64,000 nt of DNA from Camelus dromedarius (taxonomy: Eukaryota), in NCBI RefSeq assembly GCF_036321535.1, contig NC_087436.1, positions 68,760,001 through 68,824,000 of the forward strand. Reading direction: 5' to 3'. The notes under the pieces were generated by a model. It was not told the DNA's origin. It searched no databases and worked only from the letters and a program-made list of their open reading frames with translations. This document shows positions 50,509-62,173 of the stretch, piece by piece; the first letter of the stretch is position 1, and each line of letters opens with the position of its first letter. Both the position numbers and the translations under genes were made by a program.

Positions 50509-51868
50509 TTGTCAAGCTGATGTTGGATTTCTTCTGACTCTAAGCAGGGTGCCTAGACTTCTGTTTTGTCAGGCTAGGTCCCTTACCATGTACTCAGTAG
50601 CAGTGACTGTATTCCTGTCTTAGAGCTCTGTGCCCGAGTCATTTCCTCAATACCTTACCCAATTTTCTATGACTAGAGCTCTTATTACTTACTCACTGTA
50701 TAGTCAGGGGGCAGGAATCTTACCTCAGCTCCCCAATCCAGTGAAAGCACTTTATGATCACCAGTCTTCCCTGAGGCTTATCACTAATCTCCCCGTTTGC
50801 CTAGATTCCCACGTCTGGTGTGTTCCTGCACTCTGGTCACCACCTTCCACTTGTCTGTCATGGCATGAACCTCTCTTTGGATTCCCTGAATTCCAGCTGC
50901 CTCCCTCTACGTTCTCAGCAACTGAAGCTAGATATGGACCAGATGCTGCCCTTACCCATCTTACTAGATGCTGCAAAACTTGCTGCTCTTTTTTTGACAG
51001 AGGTGTCTGTGTTGTGTAATTTGTGGGACTCTGGGCACGGCTTTCTGCCACCTGATAACAAACCAGTTCCTGTCATTTCACCATGGAGAATCACCTCCTT
51101 GGAGTTTTTAAGAATCTCATAAAGCAAGTGCCACCAGGAGGAAAAACACTTTACACCTTTGTCAGAAAATATTCATGCAGAATAGATGCTGTACAATAGA
51201 GGGGAGCACTGGAAAAGGGACTGATCCACCTGGTCGACTGTAACTGCATCTCACCTCCCATCCTCCACAGGCTGAGACCCATCACATTACTTGGAATTGC
51301 CTCAGATATGAATTGTAATTTCACATCTTCATAATTTTGGCGATGCCTTTTCTCTTTTTTATAGTATTCTTCTCTTATTCTATAACTGGGTGCTATTTAT
51401 GCTTCAGGCTTCATCTCTCTAATACTTGTTCCAAAAATGTTCCCTTCAAGCCAAAAATATTTGTTCTCCACACTTGAAACCAACACAATATTCTCAGTCA
51501 ACTACACATTAATAAAAAAATTTGTCCATTATGTAATTTATAATATCACATCAGAATTCATTGTTCATGATTGTTTTCTTTCTAGATGTGAGCTCTTTAA
51601 GGAAAGGGATTCTGCTTTATGAACTTTTGGGCTTCTGCTGTTAAGAAAATTAAATTTCATTGGTTAGTTTATTTGATAGCATCAAAGAAACTCTTCACTT
51701 ATTTCATTTTGCTCAATAAAACATTTAAAAATATGCTTGTGTTGTGAAATTTGCAGTTAGAAAAATTTGAAATAAGATATCTGTACTTTACTAATATAAA
51801 GAACGTAAAATATTTCTTGAGACAGATACATTTTTTTAATGATATCAGAATATTCTCTCTCCACCTAC

Positions 51869-52011
51869 CCTGCAGGCATCATAAGTTCCTTCCAGATACC
51901 CAGCACAAATCATTCCAGATTTTATATCATTCCCATACACGTGTGGCTGCTTGCACACATCGTCACTTATGATTTTCAGTCTGGCTTCTCGAAGATTATT
52001 TTGGGATTCCC
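51869..52011 (-). CDS. TMPRSS11A: TMPRSS11A exon 9
   Basis: ctataag|GGGAATCC...TGCAGG|gtaggt; 143 nt; ESQNNLREARLKIISDDVCKQPHVYGNDIKSGMICAGYLEGTYDACR. Confidence 0.96.
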
Positions 52012-52769
52012 CTTATAGAAAGTAAAGAAAACAAAGTACAAAGGAAAAACAAAGTAATTTCAGTGTTTAAAACCAGCCTCCTTAATGGAGAATGAGAATT
52101 AAAGGTTTATTCTTCAGAGTTTATTGTGTATAAATAAATTGTCTAGAGCTCTGTGAATGGATGTTACTCTCCGAAAGCCCTTTCTTATCTTCTCAAGCCC
52201 AGAGTTCAAGAATCCCTCTCACTATTGTTATATGTATGTACCTGGACCAGATTTTAGAATCCAGAGTGTGTCTGACTAAGTATGCCCCACAAACATTCAA
52301 AAATGAAATCATTTTTATTTCTTAAAAGATTGAGTTAGTATACTAAGTTAAATCATTTTTGAGAGGGCAACGGAAGGTTTGTTAGCAGAGACGATTTCTC
52401 TCTCTATAGTAATCTTATCCCTGATCACTCTTAATTAGTCTGTTTGGTTCTGAAGCATATTATGCTACAACTGCAGATCGGAGCTGAACAAAGGAAAATT
52501 TTATGATGTGACTGAGGAAAGTGAAAATGAGTGATGGAGCAAACTACGGGGAAGAGGAGATGAAAAAAAGAGAGAGGAGGCTCACAGAGATGGGCTCAAG
52601 GTGAAGGAGTCTGGGAGTGAAGGTGGGTGTGAAGATCACAACACACCTAGTGCATACCTGGCTTTGCATAGAGAATGGCACATAGATTTTAGTGTTAGAG
52701 GGAACATTTTTTTCTATCTTCCCTTTTGAAGCTGTCTTTCTCTAGTTTCATATGATTCTGACCAGGCTG

Positions 52770-53207
52770 CCAATCACATACCTGCCTTTCTTTGTACAGA
52801 TGTAGAAGTGAGTCTTTGAGTTAGCAAGTCTATCTGAGTACCCCTGGGCCATAAGAAACCATTTCAGGAATTAAGTAGGTTCTGGCAAAGAGAGGGACAT
52901 GTTCTGCCCTCAGCATCAACTAGGTGAAGATGACATAAACACTGAGCTGCTGTTGGCCACCTTTGCCACTATGTGGAGCTAGAGTCCCTCTATATGAAGG
53001 CGACCTAGGAGAAAACAGCCAAGTAATTAATGAAAAGACTCAGAGATTCAGAGCCTGATGACATCATACAAACTCAAACTGTGTCTGAAGGCAGACTCAT
53101 CTCTTGACTTCCAAATTATAAGGGCAAAATTTGCAATTTTATTATTGCTTTTTTAGTTAATTTGAGTTGAGTTTCTGTCACTTGCAAAACAGGAGCCCTA
53201 ACTAATC
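52770..53207 (+). mobile_element. MLT1 (MaLR) LTR, K/L-like
   Basis: tgagctgctgttggccacctttgccactatgtgg...gcctgatgacatc...tttgagttgagtttctgtcacttgcaa. Confidence 0.75.
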
Positions 53208-53309
53208 TGAACAAACTGTAGAAAATCTGACAGGATAATATTGATGTGCATCAAATCATACTGCCATAAATAGGGCTAGGTGCTCTGTGATCCATTTTGA
53301 GACACCCAC

Positions 53310-53569
53310 CACCATAGAAGAGTGCTCCAAATCCTGTGATATAGACAGTTGAATTTGGTTGGAAGGACGCAGAGGCTTCTGGCAAACAAACCCGACGGAT
53401 GTCATCAGTAAAAGTGACTCTGGGAGAGAATTGCACTACAGCAATGTCGTACTCTCTTGCTGGGGAGTGGTACCTCTCATGGACAATAATTTTTCTGATA
53501 CTTCTTTTCATTAATGGAGGGTTGATTGTTGTTCCAAAGCTAACAGTCCATTGACTTGGATTTGCTTTC
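53310..53569 (-). CDS. TMPRSS11A: TMPRSS11A exon 8, catalytic Asp
   Basis: ttccag|GAAAGCA...TATGGTG|gtgggt; 260 nt; KANPSQWTVSFGTTINPPLMKRSIRKIIVHERYHSPAREYDIAVVQFSPRVTFTDDIRRVCLPEASASFQPNSTVYITGFGALFYG. Confidence 0.96.
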
Positions 53570-53799
53570 CTGGAAAAGGTTAGAAATGAACAGAATATAT
53601 GAACTGTGTTACAGTAATCACATGTAGGCTAATAAAAGAGAAAATTTCATCCTGAAATACTTGGTTGCAATGATAGGTTTCTTTGACCACTTAAATATAG
53701 TTTACTCTTAACATTTTGAAAGGTAAAATGTACACAAACAGTATCTTTGAGCTGAAATCCAATACAGAATTATTGAGTTTTAGAACTGTAAAGCACATA

Positions 53800-54290
53800 A
53801 AATATTATTCATTTATTTTTTTGGCAAATCTCTATTAAACATCTGTGTTGTGCTGAAACTTATTTGAAGTGCTGGAGATAAAGTGGTGAAGAAGACAAAA
53901 TTCTCTGCTGGTGGGAGTATTTGATGGCAGTGAAAGATAAAGAACAAAACAAATTAACAGATGAATAACTTACAACAGTGATAGGGTTATAAATAAAACA
54001 GGGCAACAGGATAGAATACAAGGGGGTAATTAGACAAGTCTCTTTTGAGAGCGTGGCATTTGGGTTGAGACATGGTTGACGAGGAGTCAGCTATGAGAAG
54101 ATAGGAAGACAAGTTTCCAGTCAAACTTCCCAAGGGCTTAGACCAAACAGGCTGTGGTTCATGGCACAAGGGAAGAAAGGTGGGGGGTGAGGTTGGAGAG
54201 GTAGGCAGGGGCCAGATTTTAGAGTGTTTTATAGGTCATGAATAAAGCGCTTAGGTACTATGCAAGTGAGATGGGAATTCACTGGATGAG
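53800..54290 (-). mobile_element. L2 3' fragment
   Basis: attcatttatt...tgctggagataaagtggtgaagaagaca; tgaggttggagaggtaggcaggggccagat. Confidence 0.7.
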
Positions 54291-55729
54291 AAGCTGGTGG
54301 ATCATGGTACATCCAAGGATTGGAAAGGTCATCTACTAAAGCTTATGTTTATACTTAAGAAAAATAGGGCCTAGATGTATTAAATTATATGCCTAGTATC
54401 ACAAGTCGGCTTGTCTCTCACTACTCTTTATAGGATACCATCTCTCACCAAAATCTATTCATTAGTAACAAGACTAATATTCCTTAACTAAATAATTGAA
54501 CTGACATCCCCATGAGGGATAAGCAAAGATACCCTTATGAATACTCATTTCTCAACCTAATTATTTCTTAACAGGTAGCTTTAGTCATAGGAAGAAGAAG
54601 ATAAACATATCAATGGGATTTAAGTCCAATTTGACAGCTATTAATTGTGTTGGAATTATTTTTATTCTTAAGGCAATTTAAAATTTTGTTTTTATACAAA
54701 ATTGCTTTTGTACATAAAAATAACTATCAGTTTTTCGTGAGTTTTATTGGTACAGATCTGGTCAACTTAGTCATGCCTGGATGAATTTACCATAAATCTA
54801 AGTATTTTAAACTTGGAAATGCAAAGTATAGAACTTGCATTGAATTTACTAAAATGAGAGTGCTTATTTACAGCTTTCAAACAGTGCCCTGATATTGCTT
54901 AATACAGGTTGTGTTTATTACATTTGAGGATGACAAACCTGAAAAATACACCTGACGTGAAAGATACTAAGTGAAGATTACAAATAAACTTTGTACGTTT
55001 TTAATCTGGGCCCAAATCAACAAGATGCAATTTAATAATGATGACTATTAAACTATATTTAGATCACCAAATAATTTATAAAAATTTGAAATGGTGACAC
55101 CTAATCTGGAAGCCATTCCTATAAAAAGGATCTGAAAATTTTGTTGATTATTAGCTTAAAAATAACCAATTATGTGATGAGATTTCTTCAAGTGTTCACT
55201 CAATATTAAACTGCAATAATATGAAGTAACCTCAGAAGTCATTCAGTCCTCACAGATATAACGCTTAAAAAATGGGGCTTGCCATGAGGAAGACGTGCTT
55301 GTGTTCAGCTCCACCATCTCTTAACATTGAGATCTTGAGAAAGTTATTTCACTGATTTTCTTCAGTGAAAAAGGGCTTACTAATAAGCAGGGTTTACCAA
55401 GTGAAGTGGGTGTAAGAATTATACAAAACAAATCTTAAGCACCTAACCAAATATTTGTAGCATCCTTGAGCTTAATAAATAGTCATCATTGTTACAGGAA
55501 CACTATCACTTGACGAGAGTCTGTGCTCGAACCCTTCTGCAGATGGGGATGTCTTCTTTGCTTTAAAGTCCTTTTCTTCACCTTGCAATCCCTTCATCTT
55601 TGAGCAGCTCTGACAGCTGACAAGTCTTTCCTTGATTCCTGAATTCTCTTCCATAAGAAAGTGCCTCAGATATATGAATAAAACTACCATCTCTACAGGC
55701 TTTCTCAGGATAAAATGTTTGCCTCCTAG

Positions 55730-55885
55730 GATGGTGTTTCCCAAGCTTTAGTGTGCAAATAGCCTGGGGAGCCTTTTAATACAGCTCCTGATTCTGTGGG
55801 GCTTGAGATTCTTGCATTTCCAACACATTTCCTAGTGACGTGAATGCTGCTGGTCTGTGGACCACATGTTGAGTGGCAAGGCTGT
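55730..55885. mobile_element. MER5-like hAT-Charlie element
   Basis: ggggcttgagattcttgcatttccaacacatttcctagtgac...tgctgctggtctgtggaccacatgttgagt. Confidence 0.7.
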
Positions 55886-55921
55886 TTGGATATATTATCA
55901 CCTTTGTTTATCATCTAAAAC

Positions 55922-56325
55922 TTTTTTTTAATTTTTTTAACATTTTTTATTGATTTATAATCATTTTACAATGTTGTGTCAAATTCCAGTGTTCAGCACA
56001 ATTTTTCAGTTATTCATGGACATATACACACTCATTGTCACATTTTTTTCTCTGTGAGTTATCATAACATTTTGTGTATATTTCCCTGTGCTATACAGTG
56101 TAGTCTATTCTACAATTTTGAAATCCCAGTCTATCCCTTCCCACCCTCCACCCCCCTGGTAACCACAAGTCTGTATTCTCTGTCTGTGAGTCTATTTCTG
56201 TCCTTTATTTACGCTTTGTTTTTGTTTGTTTGTTTTTGTTTTTGTTTTTTAGGTTCCACATATGAGTGATCTCATATGGCATTTTTCTTTCTCTTTCTGG
56301 CTTACTTCACTTAGAATGACATTCT
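55922..56325 (-). mobile_element. Young, 5'-truncated LINE-1 (camelid-like 3' UTR)
   Basis: Poly(T) then aacattttttattgatttataatcattttacaatgttgtgtcaaattccagtg...ttccacatatgagtgatctcatatgg...tggcttacttcacttagaatgac. Confidence 0.85.
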
Positions 56326-58644
56326 CATCTTTGACAAAGAAGGCAAGAATATACATTGGAATAAAACTTTTTAAAAGCACTTCATTGTGTCAGGTTCTCC
56401 CTAAGTGTGTTTTCCAAGGCAGAATTCACTGTCGCAGGTACGATCTAATCAAAGCAGAGTCTAACATCTTATTTATTCTGGGTTCTACATTTCTTTTAAT
56501 GCAGTCTAAATCACAATATAGTTTTGTAAACAACTGATTTGCAGTGGACTATCTTGTGGCAAAAATTTCTAAGCAATTTTTACATGTTAAAGCCGATACC
56601 TGCTTTCCGTACTGACAGACTTAGTTTTTTTTTTTTTTTTGACTCGTTAGAACCTTATATTTATATCTGCTTAAATTCATCATTTAGTTATTGCTTATTA
56701 CTCTAACATAATTAAAATCCTTTTGAAATTTCTGACTTTCTTACCCACACATTGATTTTCCTTTCCAGAGAATGTTAGCTACTTTATAAGCATAACTTTC
56801 ATATCATGTGCCAAGCCCAGAAAATATACTGTCTAGGACATGATGCAGAGTTGAGATCTTTAGTGGGCCGTTAAAAATATCCTCAGTATTTCAACAACAA
56901 TTCTTGATCATCATCCTTTGGATAGAGTTGTTTATTTACTGAGTTACTTGTTACCCTTGCATTCAGTTTATATTATTTAATTTTTTCCAGAAGTCTTCCC
57001 ATTTTATTTTGTCATTAAGACACTGGTCATACTATCTGTCTTGAGAGATGTATTTAGTTCTTCGAAGCATATTTTAAGGCAGACACTGACAGAAATCAAG
57101 AGCATTTAGAGAAGAACCAAGATTTGAGGTCATCTGAAAGTTGATGCTGTGAAATAAAATAGAATATTTATTTTCACATATAGTTTAGAGATTCTCACTT
57201 ACATTATAATGTATAATAAGGCCTGAAAAAGAGAAACTAAGAAACAGCTGTTCAATGGATGAAGAAATAAATTTGATCCATTTTATTCCAGATGAAAGAA
57301 CAAATACCAATGGATAAAAGTTATTAGGTGGCAGATTTGGTATTCATTGTTATAAAGGTATTTGCAAACGTAGAACTATCTACCACAAAATCGCCTAACT
57401 TTGGAGCTAGTAAGCTCTCCATTATTTTAAGATATTCAGTCCCAACCTAGGCACCTGACTAAGGGATTTCTGTTATTTCTACTATGTTGACCTATTGAAC
57501 TCTCATGTCTTTCACACTTTAAGAATCTAAGTCTCTATATAGGTTTAGACTCATTGGTAGGCAGAACTTATTGTGCTATCAAAAGTCAAAATTTTAGGAC
57601 TCAAAAGGATCTTGAGATGATCTAGTCCATCTGTTTCCCATTACACTATGGTTTAATAATTTGCCCAAGGTTTCAGAGATCAGATCCAGCTCCCCTACTG
57701 TCTGGCAATATTTTACCTACTAAGTTCTATTTCCACCTGCTTTACAGAAATACCCAGGAAGCTCTTGTTATCACCATGATAATCGATACTAGAAAATAAG
57801 GCCATAAAGTGAATCTACCTAGAAGAAATCCGAGATTTTAAACGTAAAAATCCAACTGGTTATTCTCTTTAAAGTAAAACTAAAATTATGAAAAAAACAG
57901 TCACTTTTATCTTTTACTTAATAAAATTTATGTTGTAACTATGCTCAGAATGAATAAAGAATCAAGTGTCAACTGTTCATTCAAACAAGTACATGAAACT
58001 TTATCTTTACTTCAGTTTGCCCTTTGTAGCACCATTGTCAAGAGGTGTCATAGTATATGAAGGTCTCATTGGGTGGCCCAAAACCCTCTCTTAATAATCT
58101 GTCACTCAAAGGAATCTCTTTCAAGTGCCTGTCCTTATCATCCTGATCATTTTTTCATTTTGATTTGTGAACTGCTCTAATTCCATTAGATCTTCATATG
58201 TCAAAACTATAGGTTTGATTTGAGCAATTCTCCATTATCACATTACCAACTTCCTATGTCCACTGAAGATTTCCATTTCACTTTGTAATTAATTTGATAA
58301 TTTTGAGACTGGCCCAAATCTTTGGCAGAAACAGACACTAGTATTAAGAGGATTGTTTGAGAAAGAATTAATTATATATGTTATTAGTAAATATTTTGTT
58401 TTAGGACTTCTGTCTCTTTATACAATTTCTTTATGTAAAACTCTGAGGACCTGATCAGTATACACTAGGATAATGATTATAACCCCACTGACTTTCCAAA
58501 TAAGTGCTAGTGTAAATTATTTTAGAAATGAACCTGAAAAGTTTTTCTCATTTTACCTCAGTAGAATTTGGGGGCATTATTACTCAGAAGATAAAACTCA
58601 AAATTTTTTTTAGCAGTAGTAGCAAGTTAACATCAATCACTTAC

Positions 58645-58816
58645 TTCTTAAAGCAGTGCGCTGCAGTGACAAGCCACGTATTACTAATCAGGGTGGCCCC
58701 ACACTGATGTATATTGTTATGCTGAAGGGAAGCTTGCCACGGCCAGGCAGCCTTGATTGCAAGGTCTCCGGACATTATTCTGTTGACTGTTAATGGAACA
58801 ACTCTTTTACCACAAC
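58645..58816 (-). CDS. TMPRSS11A: TMPRSS11A exon 7, activation site and catalytic His
   Basis: tttcag|GTTGTGGT...TTTAAGAA|gtaagt; 172 nt; [56 protein letters not shown]. Confidence 0.97.
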
Positions 58817-59414
58817 CTGAAAGACATGAGATCATTAAGTCATAAGAAACATCTCAATAATCTTTCACACAGAGAGACTAGTAGAGTATTGCCATGCAAT
58901 ATTTACATCTGTCATTATATAAACATGCACAACATTAATATCCATCCTCTGTATTTCCTGATAGCTGGTGTTTTGCTCACTCCCTCCATTTGTAAATGTG
59001 GATATATATATTGCCTTCTGAAGCTATGTAAGGCTGCAAAGGGTTGACACACCACAAAGTATGTGTCCTGAGGACTTGCAGTATCAATTATCCAGATGTT
59101 CTGGGAGCTCCTACTAAGATGACTGTTTCTCAGCTTTAGGTGAGCCCATCATGTTACTTTGAAGTCCTCTTTGACTGAAGGAAGAACTGGTTAGGGAGGT
59201 AACTGCCAATTCCTTGGAACTCCTTCTCCTATACATTTTTCTGACTAGTTCCTAAGGTGCGCTTGAGTTAATGTATCATGGCCAGTCTCACTCTTCAGGA
59301 TGGAGGGTTCCATGTTTCCATATAAACATCACATTCACTATTGGTGGAAATAAATATGTAATGTACTATGTGCATCAGATCAGAGGTTAGTTTGCTGCCT
59401 AGGGTTCCTGCTAA

Positions 59415-59560
59415 GAATTAAGCCTGTTTGGAGCATGGTGCTAATAAAGAAAATATGGTAGGTTCAGTTCTTGTTCCTATAAGTGAAGTATCAAAAGGGG
59501 AAATTTATTTTACCAGTACTGATTACACCCCCACTGTGGCCAGTCATTTTAGAAATCTCC
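59415..59560 (+). mobile_element. MamSINE1-like tRNA-derived SINE remnant
   Basis: ggagcatggtgctaataaag...ggttcagttc tRNA-Ile-like head followed by gattacacccccact...gccagtcattt. Confidence 0.4.
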
Positions 59561-59569
59561 ATCACATTT

Positions 59570-60215
59570 CTCTAGTTTAGACAACCATTTTTCTCATCTG
59601 GAGGACTGCAACAGCTTTCCGGTTCATCCTCCTGCCTCTGGTCTTGCCCCTGCAGTCCACTCTCCACACTGTAAACTGAGTGACCTTTCTGATATGTGTA
59701 AAATCCTTTAGTGACTTCTCATTGCCCTCCAAACAAAATCGAAATGTTTCAGCATGGTTCTGGTCCTTGATCACTATTAATCACACCCCTTTCCCATTCC
59801 CATGCCCCCTGCCAAACCCCCATTCTCTGTTCCAGCCATACTCGTGTTTTTCATTTATAAGAAATGACCATGTTCTTGCTTTTCTGAAGACATTTTTACA
59901 TACCACATCCCCTGCTCAGGACACTAATCCCACTTGTCACTTGACTTGTGGTCTTTCCTCTCTCTTGTATCGGGAATTACCTTCTGAGCCCACAAAGATC
60001 AGGTTAGTTGACTCTGTGACTGACTCTCATAGCATAGTGTACTTTCTCTGTCATAGCACTGATCACATTGTTTTTAACATTTTCTAATTTATTTATGTCT
60101 TCCCCTACCTCTGAACTCTTAATTTTAGAGGAGGAATCATGTCTCATTCACACTTGTATTCACTTCCTGGCACTTGGTAGATGTTAAAGATATTTGTAGA
60201 ATGAATGAATAAAAA
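59570..60215 (+). mobile_element. L2 3' fragment
   Basis: ctgcagtccactctccacact; ends in aaagatatttgtagaatgaatgaat. Confidence 0.75.
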
Positions 60216-60744
60216 TATATAGTGTATTTGCAAGACACGGATGAAAATGAACGAACACCTTTGCTCAAATTCATCATACTGCTATAAAAACTTTCAAAAT
60301 TTAGGGCACAGTGATATGAAGTGAGTGAGTGGAGCTGCTGTCAACTACGAAGATGAGTATAATTAATGCATTTTATAGGTCAGTCACAAATAATTGGGGC
60401 TATCTCCTCCCCATGTTTCACTTTTTCATTATTTTATTTCTCAGCATAAAGCGTATTCCATAGCATTTAAAAAAATTAGAAAGGCAAGCCCATTTGTTCA
60501 AAATCAGAAATATATAATTTCTTTAAATTGTCCCCAAATTTCCACCATGTAAAATATTTGCCTAGAACATGACAAAAACATCAGTCTCAGAGTTAGAAGA
60601 GATGTATTTTCATCTCTTGCCCAATTGTTATTTTCTCCCAAAGAAAATGTGGGACATGGATGGGAAATTTTGAGCTAATATTTGAAGATACTGTCCTTTA
60701 TGATATGGAAATTGAACTTGTTTTTATAAGCTAATTAGACTTAC

Positions 60745-60783
60745 ATGCTTGGACAGTTAGCTTCCCTGTTGATGAGCTCACTG
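60745..60783 (-). CDS. TMPRSS11A: TMPRSS11A exon 6, linker
   Basis: ttttcag|CAGTGAGCTCATCAACAGGGAAGCTAACTGTCCAAGCAT|gtaagt; 39 nt; VSSSTGKLTVQA. Confidence 0.88.
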
Positions 60784-61822
60784 CTGAAAAACAAAATAGA
60801 ACAAAGAATGATGATTTGATATTCTTCTGGTTAGTCTCAATGACCAGAAATTATCAGAGGATACTGACTAACTATGGATTCTAGACACTTGAGCATATGG
60901 ATCAGTCAGGAAAATAACTACCTGATGTAACAGAATAGGTGTACAATTTTTGTAGAAATTCATAGACAACCTTGAATTAGGTGAATAATACCTCAAGCAG
61001 TGAGTAATTAAGACACAAATAGTGGATGATCAAAACCATGAGTAGTTTGCATTAATACAGAACAGTGGCTCTCCAAAGGTGCAGGGTAAAGCCTCTTTGG
61101 ATTTTCCTTAAGGAGATAGAGAAAGTGGAGAAAGGGAGTGACTAGATGGGATCTTTAGGCTCACACCCAGCCACAAACAGGACAGGCCTGCTTTAAGATT
61201 TCATATAAGCCTTTCTTTGGTCAAATGGTTTGGGAATAAAAAAAAGAAACAAAATGCCCACATAAACTATATTTATAATGCAGTTCTAAACCTGTTGTGT
61301 CTTCTTATCAAACATCTGCTTAATATTGGTAAAGGCCAACTATTGTACAGAATCTAAGATTAAAATCTGTCAATTTCTAGCAGAGTTAGGAATCTGATAA
61401 AATACATACAAACATTTAAACTTAAGTTGGTGGAAGTCTGCATGAAAATTGTAATGGTTTTCAAATTAAAAAGACTTAATGAGTATAATGAGGCTAGACT
61501 GTTTTACTTATTTCTACCGGTGCCGTGTTTCTGAAACTCATATTCTCTGCATCTAATTTCCCATTGTGCACAGTAAGAATGTTTCTTTCTACTTACCTTC
61601 TATAAATTTCATTTGGGAAACAAGTGATGGTGAACTTTACAAAGTGTGAGCTTTTGAAAATAATCCAATTTAAGAATATCCTTAAAGGTTTGTCCAAACC
61701 ATTGTATGGTGAAGAATCAATTGGTCAGGACAGATTCTCAGTGCTTACTTACGAAAGGAACTCAGTTTTCTGTCAAATGTTTTATTATGGTAGTAAATTT
61801 CTTGTTTTTTTTTTTTAAACTT

Positions 61823-62173
61823 CAGGCATACCTTGCAGATATATATGCATACACACACACACATATATATACATATATATGTATATGGGTTTGATTCCAG
61901 ATCACCACAATAAAGCAAATACTGCAATAAAGTCACTTTTTATTGGTGTCCCAGTGCATATAAAATTTATGTTTACCCTATACTGTACTGTATAAAGTGT
62001 GCAATAGCATTATGCCTTAAAAAATGTAGATGCCTTAATTAAATCACTTTATTGCTAAAAATGCTGACCTTTATCTGACAGGGTTGCCACAAACCTTCAA
62101 AAACAAAAAACAAAATATAAAAAACAAAATATCTGTGAATTGCAATAAGGGGAAGTGCAATAAAATGAGGTAT
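61823..62173 (+). mobile_element. Tigger1 internal-deletion derivative (Tigger1a-like MITE)
   Basis: Left end caggcatacctt...ccagatcaccacaataaagc joined to right end cagggttgccacaaaccttcaa...gcaataaaatgaggtat. Confidence 0.85.

Larger units (their letters stand above)
55000..57530. mobile_element. CR1/L3 LINE fragments in both orientations, interrupted by MIR, MER5 and young L1
   Basis: tgggcccaaatcaacaagatgcaatttaat (W...NKMQFN) and aaaaaggatctgaaaattttgttgat (KDL..LVD) are CR1 RT-end motifs; L3-like tail at 57290-57530. Confidence 0.55.

Noticed and set aside
59415..59480. tRNA-Ile-like sequence
   Set aside because: Too degenerate for a cloverleaf; better explained as an old tRNA-derived SINE head
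59680..60087. 135-aa ORF
   Set aside because: Lies within an L2 3' fragment; no domain
60784..60860. AsP-like intronic signal peptide for TMPRSS11A
   Set aside because: The frame is open for about 22 codons upstream of exon 6 but reaches TAA with no ATG
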